The notes beneath the pieces were generated by a model that made no database searches, was not told the origin of the DNA, and was given only the letters and a program-made list of their open reading frames with translations. A stretch of 64,000 nucleotides of DNA, from NCBI GenBank assembly GCA_963806535.1, contig CAWDYC010000010.1, positions 69,085 to 133,084 of the forward strand. Reading direction: 5' to 3'. The stretch's first letter is position 1, and the number at the start of each line of letters is the position of its first letter. Shown here one piece after another: positions 1 to 10,058 of this stretch. A program made the position numbers and the translations under genes. The stretch is from Candidatus Bathyarchaeota archaeon (GTDB lineage: Archaea > Thermoproteota > Bathyarchaeia > Bathyarchaeales > Bathycorpusculaceae).

Positions 1-419
1 CTGAAAGAGAGCCATCTATGGATATTGACGGATTTGATACCGCGTGCAAAGTGGTTATTCTAGCGAACTGGATTATGAATAAGAAAATAACGTTAAAAGA
101 CGTGGACAGAACAGGCATTCGCGACGTCTCTTTGCAAATGCTTGATGAAGCTTCAAAGAGGGGCAATACAATCAAGCTCATCGGCTCAATAGACGGCGAC
201 AAAGCATCTGTTAAGCCAACGGAAATACCGAAAAACAACCCGTTATGCGTCAGCGGAGTCTTAAACGCAATAACCTTCTCTACCGAATACGCTGCAGAAC
301 AAACTCTTATCGGCAGAGGTGCAGGCGGAATTGAAACAGCCAGCGCAGTTTTAAGAGACCTCTTAGACATAAGACATAAGTTAGCAGATCGAATGCTAAA
401 TAATAACCCGGAGTCCTAA
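1..419 (+). CDS. hom: Homoserine dehydrogenase, C-terminal part (5' end outside window)
   Basis: EPSMDIDGFDTACKVVILAN and GRGAGGIETASAVLRD motifs; frame open to window start; directly upstream of aspartate kinase. Confidence 0.93.
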   Translation, partial: EREPSMDIDGFDTACKVVILANWIMNKKITLKDVDRTGIRDVSLQMLDEASKRGNTIKLIGSIDGDKASVKPTEIPKNNPLCVSGVLNAITFSTEYAAEQTLIGRGAGGIETASAVLRDLLDIRHKLADRMLNNNPES

Positions 420-421
420 AA

Positions 422-1828
422 ATGAAAATCGTAATGAAGTTTGGCGGTACAAGCGTTGCCACAGGCGAAAACATACGCCATGTAGTTGACTTAGTAGCTA
501 AAAACGCGAAAAAAGACAAAGTTGCAGTGGTTGTCTCGGCGTTGGCAGGTGTAACCAACAGCCTAATTGAAGTTGCCGAGCAAGCCAAAAAAAGCGATGA
601 AAAACACATCGAAGACTTCATCAAACAGCTGTTGAAGAAACATTTAGAGGCGATTTCATCCGCAATTAGCAGCAAAGAGATTCAAAAGGAAGTTACTCAG
701 ATCACTGAGAAAACCTTAGCTGAGCTAGAGAAGGTTTTAACTGGTATCTGCTATGTTGGCGAAGTGACGCCCAAATCTAAAGATTATGTGGTTTCTTTTG
801 GTGAGCGATTATCTGCGCCTATTGTTTGGGGTGCCATAAAAGACAAAGGGCTTGAAACTCAATGGTTCACTGGCAAAGAAGCAGGCATTGTTACTGACTC
901 CAACTTTGGCGAAGCAGACCCACTGATGAATTACACTACTCATCTCATCCGAGAACGTCTTGTACCACTCCTAGAAAAAGGCGTAATCCCCGTTGTAACA
1001 GGATTTATCGCCGCAAACCAAGATGGCATTGTTACGACTGTTGGCAGAGGAGGCTCAGATTATACAGCCACAATTTTAGGTGCTGCATTAGAGGCTGACG
1101 AAGTCTGGATATGGACCGACGTTGACGGCATAATGACCACTGACCCAAAAATTGTGCCAACTGCCAAAATGCTGCCACAACTCAGCTACCAAGAAGCTGC
1201 GGAAATGGCAATTTTCGGCGCAAAAGCCATGCATCCACGCGCATTGGAACCTGTCATTAAAGAAAACATTCCAGTCAGAATACGCAGTGTTTTCCACCCC
1301 GAAAACCTAGGCACACTCATAACAAAAGAACCCGATCCCAAAGCAACAGAAGTAGTCAAAGCCGTAGCTTTGATAAAAGACGTAGCAATGGTGAACGTTA
1401 GCGGGGCAGGAATGGTAGGTGCACCAGGCAGCTACACAAAAGTCTTCGACGTTTTAGGCAAAAACGACATAAATGTAATGATGATTTCCACCGCTGTTTC
1501 AGAAGCCAACATTTCAATGATTATCAAACGAGGACTACTTGGCAGGGCAATTAGCAACCTTGAAATCGCCTTGTTGGACAGAGGCGGCTTAGTCAGCGAA
1601 GTCTCAGCCGAAGACGATGTTGCAGTAATTGCTGTTATGGGCGCAAACATGAAAGGAATGTTAGGCGTCGCATCAAAAATATTCTCAACTGTCGCGAAGA
1701 AAGGCATAAACATCCGCATGATTGCCCAAGGCAGTTCAGAACTAAACATTTCATTCGTTGTCAAGGAAAAAGATGGAGCAGCAGTAGTGAAAGCGATACA
1801 CGAAGAATTTAATCTGGATAAAATTTAG
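422..1828 (+). CDS. lysC: Aspartate kinase with two ACT domains
   Basis: MKFGGTSV, VVVSALAGVTN, GRGGSDYTA, WTDVDG motifs; C-terminal ACT repeats (IRMIAQGSSELNISFVV). Confidence 0.97.
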   Translation: MKIVMKFGGTSVATGENIRHVVDLVAKNAKKDKVAVVVSALAGVTNSLIEVAEQAKKSDEKHIEDFIKQLLKKHLEAISSAISSKEIQKEVTQITEKTLAELEKVLTGICYVGEVTPKSKDYVVSFGERLSAPIVWGAIKDKGLETQWFTGKEAGIVTDSNFGEADPLMNYTTHLIRERLVPLLEKGVIPVVTGFIAANQDGIVTTVGRGGSDYTATILGAALEADEVWIWTDVDGIMTTDPKIVPTAKMLPQLSYQEAAEMAIFGAKAMHPRALEPVIKENIPVRIRSVFHPENLGTLITKEPDPKATEVVKAVALIKDVAMVNVSGAGMVGAPGSYTKVFDVLGKNDINVMMISTAVSEANISMIIKRGLLGRAISNLEIALLDRGGLVSEVSAEDDVAVIAVMGANMKGMLGVASKIFSTVAKKGINIRMIAQGSSELNISFVVKEKDGAAVVKAIHEEFNLDKI

Positions 1829-1895
1829 TTTTTTTTCAGTTTTCTTATTATCTTATTTGGAAAAGGATTAACATTGGAGATAAATTAGGATGCTG

Positions 1896-2408
1896 TCAAT
1901 TATAAGGTCCGTTGACCATTTTCTGTTGACCCCAGTATCGCCTTCGTGACCTCCAGAGCAACATTCGAGCCGCAAACACAATTAACATAACAACCAAAAT
2001 TATGATTAGGAATTCTCCTGGATAATATCCTGATCCCGTGGTGATGAAAAAGAAGTACAGGACCACAGCAACGATTATGCCGATTGGCAACATAAGTAAA
2101 ATTCCAGCGTAACGCAACCAAGTCGGAGGACGCTGCCTGCTTCCGACACCGCCATAGCTACCAGACGCTGAATTGGCACGTTGCTCTTGAATCTGTTTAA
2201 GCCGTTCTTCGTTTAGGTAATATTTGCCGTTTACTTCAACAAAAATTTTTGTTTGACCGAGCCTACGCTGCATGGCTTGTTCGAAACGGGGTGGCAGATC
2301 TAGTTCTTGAAGGGTCATTGCTTTTTCGGGGCTTGTCGCTCCTTTTTGACGGAACTTTTCCACTATCTCGTTTAACCGTTGCCGTATTTCTTCAGGGTTT
2401 CTAAACAT
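1896..2408 (-). CDS. Hypothetical membrane protein (soluble N-domain, two C-terminal TM helices)
   Basis: 170-aa ORF with two hydrophobic stretches; 18 bp downstream of the AbrB gene, same strand. Confidence 0.7.
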   Translation of the reverse strand: MFRNPEEIRQRLNEIVEKFRQKGATSPEKAMTLQELDLPPRFEQAMQRRLGQTKIFVEVNGKYYLNEERLKQIQEQRANSASGSYGGVGSRQRPPTWLRYAGILLMLPIGIIVAVVLYFFFITTGSGYYPGEFLIIILVVMLIVFAARMLLWRSRRRYWGQQKMVNGPYN

Positions 2409-2426
2409 TTGTTTTTCCTCAAATGT

Positions 2427-2660
2427 TTATTCGTTTTTTTCTTCTGGAGCTTCTAGACCTTGCATTATTTTTTCTGCGAGTTCTCTCATGACGTCAGCTT
2501 TGACCATGGTGATGCCCCGTCGGTTTCTACCTGACATGACAAGTAGGAGGTCGCCTGGTTTAATGTCGAGTTCCTTGCGTGCGTCTGCGGGGATGACTAC
2601 TTGCCCTCTGTCGCCGACTTTTACCGTTCCGTAGAGTTGTATGTTGCTTTTTCTCTCCAT
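2427..2660 (-). CDS. AbrB/MazE/SpoVT-family DNA-binding protein
   Basis: GTVKVGDRGQVVIPADARKELDIKPGDLL signature; start taken at MERKS (2660). Confidence 0.9.
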   Translation of the reverse strand: MERKSNIQLYGTVKVGDRGQVVIPADARKELDIKPGDLLLVMSGRNRRGITMVKADVMRELAEKIMQGLEAPEEKNE

Positions 2661-2672
2661 CTGAATCACACT

Positions 2673-2699
2673 TTTCATACATTTCACACTAATATGAAA
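2673..2699. promoter_or_regulatory. Dyad TTTCATA-N13-TATGAAA upstream of the AbrB gene, probable autoregulatory operator
   Basis: Perfect 7-bp inverted repeat just 5' of the start codon. Confidence 0.4.
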
Positions 2700-2732
2700 T
2701 CAGAATTTAAGGATTTACCCAAATCTCTTCTT

Positions 2733-3203
2733 TTAACTTAACTTAAAAGGATGCAAACATTTATCAAGAAAATGAAAATTTTCTATTCTAAAAAGATGAC
2801 TCTTACAACGGCAATCGGAACATCCAAAACCTCTAATCGGCAAGGCACCACTTGTCTCGATCATATTGGAGACAATACATTCTTCCGCCTTCTTTCCGGC
2901 TGAATAATAAACCGCTATTACTTTTGACGCTTCATTACTTAACAAGTAGTCGATATGCCAAAACAAGTGCTTCTCTTTTCTTTGATGCCGCTTCACTCTG
3001 AGCTCTAAATTGTTTTGCGCAGAACCAACATAAGCATATAAGCCCTGTTGAAAGTTTAACTCGCCTAAGGCACCTATGCCACAGTTAACACCATTTTTTA
3101 TTTGAATAATTAAGACGTAGATTCCTTTCAACTTTTCCTCTTTCTTCAAGGCATTTTGCAAAATAGTTGCCTGTGGCTGTTCTAACTTAAGGTCATGTTC
3201 CAA
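2733..3203 (-). CDS. DUF123 / GIY-YIG nuclease family protein
   Basis: GIYVL...YAYVGSA...RH...WHIDYLL...GFGCSDCRCKSHL. Confidence 0.88.
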   Translation of the reverse strand: MEHDLKLEQPQATILQNALKKEEKLKGIYVLIIQIKNGVNCGIGALGELNFQQGLYAYVGSAQNNLELRVKRHQRKEKHLFWHIDYLLSNEASKVIAVYYSAGKKAEECIVSNMIETSGALPIRGFGCSDCRCKSHLFRIENFHFLDKCLHPFKLS

Positions 3204-3284
3204 TGGGGTCTGAACAGATTTTTAAGCTTAACTCTAATACATTAGCACTGATTTCAAGCAATTAAACGTCAATAGGCGAATCCG

Positions 3285-4473
3285 TTGAAATTTAACCGCA
3301 ATCCTCTTTCGCAAGAATCGTCCGTTCTCCTCAACATTATTCGTTTAGTCGCTTGCGAAATGGTAGTAATCGGACATTTTTTGACGAAATATCAACCCGT
3401 CCTAAACACCCCATCTTTCACGATTGGCAGCGTATTGGGTGGAGTTGCTGTGCTTTTGTTTTTCGCGCTTTCCGGGTTACTAATTTGTTACTCATTGCTA
3501 AATAAAATAGGGAACAAAGAGTACAAGTTTAGAAATTTTTTTGTTGACCGATTCAGCCGAATTTACTCCGGTTTAGTGCCAGCGCTAATTTTAGCAGGAG
3601 TTTTTGTCTTGTTAATTTATGTCACGAACCAAACCTATTTTGCTTCTTTGTGCGCCATGCAGACCACACCTTCATTGCTTAATTTCGGTATGACTCTTGG
3701 TATGTTAGAAAGATTCCCAACTTCACTTTTTGGGTTGCAACTTCCGTTACCTGCAGTTACTCCTTTTGGGTTCAACGGAATATTGTGGACGTTGGTTGTT
3801 GAATGGTGGATTTACATGTTTTTTGGCTGGTTAGTTATTGGGTCATTAGGAGTAACGGGAAAAAGAGAAAGGAACAAGCCTTACTGGGTTTTGTTTTTTG
3901 CGGTTGCTGCTTTATTGAGTTTAATGATTTTAACGTTGTTTCAAGAGTATAGCAGTTTTATCATCGTTTGGTTTGTGGGTGCTTTGATGATGCTGGCAAT
4001 CAATAGTTCGCGTCTTAACAGTATTTTGTCGAGTGATGTTGCGCGAAATGTTTTAGAGGGTTTGCTTCAAGTTTTTTTGGCAATCACGTTATTTGATATT
4101 TACATGACTTTCGCTTCGACCCGCCAATACTATGATGTTTTCTTGGGAATGTTACTTTCAATTTGTATTTTTCTTGGAGTACTACTGTTGAATGGAAGGG
4201 CGAGCAAGAGAGACTCCAAAGATGATTTTGAACAAAAAATTCGTTAACATTGTTAGCTCTGGAGCTGGTTTCTCATATACTCTTTTCTTAACTCATTATC
4301 CAATATTGATTTATCTTAGCGGATTGAATTTGTCCGTTGACAGATTCTACATGATAATTCCAATATTGCTGATTACAAATGTTACTGCATTTGCAATAGC
4401 GTATTTCACTGAGAAAAAGCACAAACAACTAGCATATTCAATTAAGAAATTATTGCATATACCTCAATGCTAA
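3285..4473 (+). CDS. Acyltransferase-3 (OafA-like) membrane O-acyltransferase; one frameshift near 4200
   Basis: IRLVACEMVVIGH, AVLLFFALSG, RFSRIY, LWTLVVEW, FSYTLFLTHYP motifs across two overlapping ORFs. Confidence 0.85.
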
Positions 4474-4484
4474 GGCGCTGCAGT

Positions 4485-6550
4485 CTATACAATAGCAGTT
4501 AGACCCAGTTGTTCAAGCATGGTTGCGATATGGTTTGTTGCTGGAAGGCACATTTGGTCTCGGCAAACATATGCAGTTGCTTTGCCCTCGATTTGCTGAT
4601 AGTCGAAAGCAGATTTCTCTGGACTCTTAAGTGACACAGTGGTTGTTGGCAGGTAATGCTTCTTTAATGCATCAAGCATTTCCAGCGGTGTCTTTGTGCG
4701 TTTTTTCACCAACTAAGGTAACGCTGTAGGATGGACCAATCAGAAAATCATATGCTAAAAGGAAGAACGTGTATGCTTCAGGCGCTCCTTCTACTTCTTG
4801 CCCAAATGTTTTCGTCATTTGGGTTGCCATTGTTTCGAAGGTAAGTTCGTTGGTTAAACGACTTAGCCGCAGCAGATTATACAGTGCGACTGAGTTTCCT
4901 GAGGGAACTGCTCCATCATAGAGCTGCTTGAGTTTTGGTAGTCCCGCCTCACTGGTTTGTGTTTGGTAAAATCCGCCGTTTTTGTCATCCCAAAACTTTG
5001 CCACCATAGTTTTGGTTAGCGCTGTGGCTGCTTGGAGATATTTGTCTTCGAAGGTTGCCTCATAGAGCTCAATTAGCCCCCATGTGAAGAAGGCGTAGTC
5101 GTCTAGGAAGCCGTCAATGGCTGCTTCGCCTTTTGCATATCGATGATACAGCACATCATCTTTGAGCATGACGGTTTAAGATGAAGTCTGCTGTTTTCTA
5201 TTGCGGCTTCAATGTACTTTGGTTCATTAAAAATACTGCCGGCTTTGGCTAAAGCTGCGATCATCAAGCCGTTCCAGTCTGTTAAGAACTTTATCATCTA
5301 TCGCTGGAGGCACCCGTTTCTTTCTTACTTCAAAAAGAATATGTTGAATTTTGCCCAGCCTCATGATAAGTTCATCCAGCGTTAAGCCTTTGTATGATGC
5401 AAGTTCATCGAGAGGTTCGGCGAGGTAAAGAATATTTTTGCCTCTGCTATTAGGAAAGTTGCCGTCAGCCTTTAATCCAAAAAGATGAACAGCCAAGTCT
5501 GCATCTGCCGGTTCTAGCGAATCCAGTGACTTCCTGCAAGGTCCACAGATAATATTTGCCCTCTTCACCCTCTGAATCGGCATCTTGAGCTGAGAAGAAG
5601 CCGCCTTGTGACGAAGATAAATCTCTAATGCAGTAATCCAGAGTTTCCTTTGCGGTTATCTTGAATTTTCCAGCCCGTGTTACCTGGTACGCTTCAACAT
5701 AGGCTATTGTGAGCAGTGCTTGGTCATAGAGCATTTTTTCGAAGTGCGGCACTAGCCATTGCGGATCTGTGCTGTAACGATGAAATCCAAGACCAATTTG
5801 GTCAAAGATTCCGCCTAGCCTCATTTGCCTTAGCGTCTGCTCAGCCATAGCTAATGCCTTCGTTTCTTTAGTTCTCGCGTAGTAGTGCATTAGAAACATC
5901 AGCTTATGAGGAGTTGGAAATTTTGGTGCAGTGCCAAAGCCGCCGTTTTCTTTATCAAAATCCAATGTTAAGCGCTCAAAGGTGTCTCTTAGCACTTCTT
6001 TACCCAAAGATTGTTGAGGAGTTCTCTTTTCCAGATATTCGATTCGGCTCTTGATGTCAGCTCCTACAACTTCAAGCTGAGCGCGTTGTCCTTTCCAAAT
6101 TCTCATAATTTGAGGAACAAGATCCAACATGCCCACTAAGCCTGCTCTGCTGAATTTTGGTATGTAGCTGGCAGCATAAAACGGGTTAAGCTTAGACGTA
6201 AGCAGTATGTTAAGTGGCCAACCGCAGTTTCTGCCCATAGCTTGACAAACAGCCATGTAAGCCGCGTCCAAGTCGGGTCTTTCTTCGCGATCAACCTTAA
6301 TGCAGACAAAGGCTTGGTTTAAGAGGTCTGCAACTTGTTGGTCGTTGAAGCATTCCTCCTCCATGACATGGCACCAGTGGCAGCTGGAGTAGCCGATGCT
6401 GAGGAAAATTGGTTTGTCTTCGGCTTTCGCTTTGTCTAAGGCTTCTTGGCTCCAGGGATACCAGTCTACTGGGTTGTAGGCATGCTGAAGAAGATAAGGA
6501 CTTTTTTCGTTAATCAGTCTATTAGGCTTATTTTCATGATTTGGCTGCAA
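4485..6550 (-). CDS. YyaL/SSP411 thioredoxin-domain protein; about four frameshifts
   Basis: [77 protein letters not shown] across consecutive ORFs. Confidence 0.92.
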
Positions 6551-6818
6551 AAACTAGAGACCTTCCTATTGAATTATTAATTGCGCGTTTTATTAATGTG
6601 TTTGAGAAACATCTGTGCAGAGAGAGGTAAATTTTGTTGTTTGTGTTTCAGTTTGCTTTTTTGGTTCAGGGTTTGCTTTGTTTGCAGGTTGCGTTTTTTC
6701 CCGTTGTTTTGACGTCTGTTCGACGTTGTTTTGCGTTGAATTGCGTTTATTTCCGTTTATTCCCGTTCCACTTAGTTTCTAAAAGCCTTAAGTGTAAGTG
6801 CATAAAACAAGAATCAGT

Positions 6819-7100
6819 ATGCCCCTAACTGAGAAAGTTACCTTTACAACAAAGCTTCAGAGCGCCAAATAAGGTGCAGATTCCAAAGGTGGTTCGGTGG
6901 CGTTTCAAAATGGAGAGCTGATCAGGCGTTAAAGGTTGGCGTGAATTTTTTAGAGTCTGCATAAGGGCTGGCAGTTTTTTTATGCAAAAATGCGAAAAGA
7001 CGGACGCATATCAATTCCAAAGTTGGTGTTGAGTCTTTTTGAAGATGAAAAAACAAGTTTGGCTGGATATACTTTAGAGGTAATGATTGAACCAGCATAA
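6819..7100 (+). CDS. Small tandem AbrB-like protein, frameshifted (not in ORF track)
   Basis: Joined frames read MPLTEKVTFTTKLQ..NKVQIPKVVRWRFKME..ALKV....FYAKMRKDGRISIPKLVL...LEVMIEPA, i.e. two xxxIP swapped-hairpin repeats. Confidence 0.6.
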
Positions 7101-7154
7101 CTCTGCGAATGCAGTCTTAACTCGGTTTATCTATTGGTTGAAGAAATCTGCAAT

Positions 7155-7538
7155 TTACTTTAACATTTTTCTAGATATTTTTCTATAATCAAGGTAAGCA
7201 AAGATTACCAGTATTCCAGTCCAAGTTAAGAATACGCCGTGAATGCCTCCAATGAAAATGGGTTCCGAGATTAGCCTATTGATTATTGAAATAGCAATTA
7301 GAAAAATGGGGCCCATTTTATTTCTTCGAATAATCCACCCCAACGCAACCAAGTTTAGAACAGCAAAAACAACAGAGTTAGCAACTGCGATTCTATAATC
7401 AACGGCTAAAGAAAAACGTGCCTGCCCAAGAGGAATTCTAGGATTCACTATCCACAGAAATATTGAAACAACTTCACCAATGATTGTTATTACAGTTAGA
7501 ACTAACAATATTTTGTGGCTAAATCTTTCATAATGCAA
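7155..7538 (-). CDS. Hypothetical 4-TM membrane protein
   Basis: 127-aa ORF with four hydrophobic segments. Confidence 0.6.
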   Translation of the reverse strand: MHYERFSHKILLVLTVITIIGEVVSIFLWIVNPRIPLGQARFSLAVDYRIAVANSVVFAVLNLVALGWIIRRNKMGPIFLIAISIINRLISEPIFIGGIHGVFLTWTGILVIFAYLDYRKISRKMLK

Positions 7539-7980
7539 CTAAATGGGGTTCAATAGAATAAACGTTTGAATGACTAATTTCCAAGCCAATAGCATACAAT
7601 ATCAGTGGAAGGATATGTCCGTTTTCAGATACATCTCTTTGGCGACGCCAGAATCCTCTTAAACTTACAGGACAACTAAAACACACGAGCCCAAGCTTTT
7701 CCATCTAAAATCTGCTCGTTTATCTTCGCCGCGCAAAGAGTGGACTTAGAGAACAGCTTGGAGTAATCATATAGTGAGCAAGCGTTTTTCCCTAAAAGGG
7801 CGTTTGGTCGCTATCGTCGCCTAAAGAGTGATGTCGTGTGAAAACTCTGTTTCTATCTTCATTTTTAGTTATGCGCAGGATGGAAACTCAACCCTTCTTT
7901 GTGAGATTATCCGTATCGAAATTGAATATCCTGATGGATTTGGATTTCTTAGATTTTGAAAATCGATTTACTCGATTAAT

Positions 7981-9092
7981 ACGCGCTGGCTTGTCCCTAA
8001 ATCAAGTTAACGTTTATTTTTGAGGTTGGGTCCCGTATCAAGTGAGTTACGTCCAAGCTTAGGAGGTGAGTCCTAGCGGGACAAGATGAACACGAAACCC
8101 TTGAAACCCTGTTCCGAAACGTAGACTTAAGCTTTGCTAACAACGTTGTCAACAGTTGCTTTCACAGAGATGGCCCAGGAAGACCGCCAAGAAATCCGTT
8201 GGGCATCTTCAGAACGTTCATCATAATGCGTATGAAGAGAGTTCGCAGCTTAAGAGAGATGACTAGGCTTCTTGACGTTGATCAGAGACTCAGGAAGCTA
8301 TGTTTAATCAGAGCAGGTGAGCGGGCATATCCAAGAAGCGTTCTAAGCAGGTTTACAAGAAAGATCGGGGAGGGTAAACTCAATAGAATAATTGACGAGA
8401 AAGTTGTTTTGCTTCTGATCGGTAATCGGACTGAAGAGGTTGATGTTGTACTTGATGCTTCCTTCATTAAAGCTTGGAGTACAAGAGATCCTATAGATAA
8501 TCAAACTGGGTATTCTGACAAAGAAGCAAGAGTTGGAAGAACAGGCAGAAGCTACGCTTTAGGTTATAAAGTACACTTATCGATAGATTCCAAGACAATG
8601 CTTCCGTTATCTTGCTTGTTTGCTTCAGCCAACGACAATGAGAAGAAACATTCCTTGGTCATACTTGAAAAAGCAAAGCAGATTTTGAATAGTTCAGGTA
8701 CTAAACTGAGAAGTTTAGTTGCTGATAGCCAATATAGCGATGGCAAAATTAGAACTGTAGTTGAAAAAGCAGTTATTCCTTATCCTGCAAACCAGAAACC
8801 AGGCGATAGAACTGTCTTGCGGGTTGATAAGAAGTTTAGGACTTACGGGCCCGAGGATCAGAAACGGGATTATCATAAGAGACCGCCTGTTGAAGCTGTG
8901 AATAGTTTCCTTAAAACTCAATGCGGCATGGTTGTAAACAAAGTCAGGGGTTTACGGCAAGTGGCTACTTACGCATTGTTTAGCATCTTATGCTTGGTTC
9001 TTAACAGGGAAGCAGCTCATAACATTGGCAGAAAAGACAAAGCAGTGTCACCCACCTACTTCAACACATAGTATCGGGACAAGGCAGCGCGC
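7981..9092 (+). mobile_element. Insertion sequence copy 1 (DDE, IS5/IS1182-like) with terminal inverted repeats
   Basis: Left end ACGCGCTGGCTTGTCCC (7981) and right end GGGACAAGGCAGCGCGC (to 9092) bracket a transposase. Confidence 0.85.
8073..9071 (+). CDS. DDE transposase (IS4/IS5 superfamily)
   Basis: GRPP N-domain, DASFIK, GYKVHLSID, VADSQY, RPPVEAVNSFLK; frame open and conserved with copy 2 back to 8073. Confidence 0.9.
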   Translation, partial: LAGQDEHETLETLFRNVDLSFANNVVNSCFHRDGPGRPPRNPLGIFRTFIIMRMKRVRSLREMTRLLDVDQRLRKLCLIRAGERAYPRSVLSRFTRKIGEGKLNRIIDEKVVLLLIGNRTEEVDVVLDASFIKAWSTRDPIDNQTGYSDKEARVGRTGRSYALGYKVHLSIDSKTMLPLSCLFASANDNEKKHSLVILEKAKQILNSSGTKLRSLVADSQYSDGKIRTVVEKAVIPYPANQKPGDRTVLRVDKKFRTYGPEDQKRDYHKRPPVEAVNSFLKTQCGMVVNKVRGLRQVATYALFSILCLVLNREAAHNIGRKDKAVSPTYFNT

Positions 9093-9907
9093 TTACGTCG
9101 ACTTGGTCAACGTTAAAATCTGTTTTTTCAGCTTTGCACCATAAGAATTCAAAGTACTCTTGACATAGAGTAACTATGTTTTTGTTGTTAGACCACAAAG
9201 AGAGGGCTGGATTTGCTGCGTCAATCGCCGAGACTGTTATCATGATTTCTTTTCGATCCCAAACGCTAAAAGTCGTCGTAGGTGGCTCTGACATCACTTT
9301 TACTGTAAAATCGGAGTATCTCTTGAAAATTTCAATCGCTTTCCAGAAGGCGTTAGTTTTTCCTACCCGTGGCATAATCATTCTGCAATTTACTTTTCTT
9401 GCTAAAGCTTCTTCCAAACAGGAAGAGTATTCAGTGAGCCAAGAAAGCATTCCTCTTGTTAAGCCTAAAAAACAGACGCATTCTTGAGCGTTCATGGTAA
9501 TTTTTTGGGCTCTAGCGTATACATTGCGTTTTGTGGGAATTAATACAAATTGGTTTTGCTCACCAACTCCTTTGGCTAGAAGACTCTGCTTGAAGTTCCG
9601 CGTTAATTTTAGCGCTTTCTCCTTAAGCTCCGCTGTTTTCTTTACCCTGTTAAGAAGTAGAGTTGAAAAGCACTCATCGATAGGTGTGGCCTCAAAACTC
9701 ATTGATTTACCTAATAACCTTTCGGCAAGACCGATTTTTTCAAGATCATACAGCGCTCGATACGCATCTGGCCTTGCTACTCGTGAAATTGCTGACACTT
9801 CTTTTGCTGAGAAGACGTTTTGCTTTGGCCAGTGCAATGAAAACCTTAGCTTGCGTGGAGTTCAAGCCTAGTTCTCCCAAAAAGGTCACGTATTCAACGT
9901 CACTCAT
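9061..9907 (-). CDS. TrmB-family transcriptional regulator; frameshift near 9825; C-terminus reads into the IS right end
   Basis: LGLNSTQAKVF..SRVARPDAYRALYDLEKIGL HTH plus PLD-like effector domain (VWDRKEIMI, LWSNN, YFEFLW). Confidence 0.85.
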
Positions 9908-10058
9908 GTTGCACGCCGACAAAAACTATGTTGTTGACTATATGTAAGCCTTTCTAGTTGTTGGTGGGCGTCCCAACTACAAGGTATTAAATGCATTTTG
10001 AAATATATCAAGAAGTTGTATACACTTGGTGTGTACTAAAATTTTGGAGAAAGGAATA

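Noticed and set aside
6577-6828. G/T-skewed stretch and + strand ORF 6634-6828
   Set aside because: The + ORF is a compositional artefact; a short frameshifted Gln/Lys/Thr-rich minus-strand ORF is possible but has no recognisable motif.
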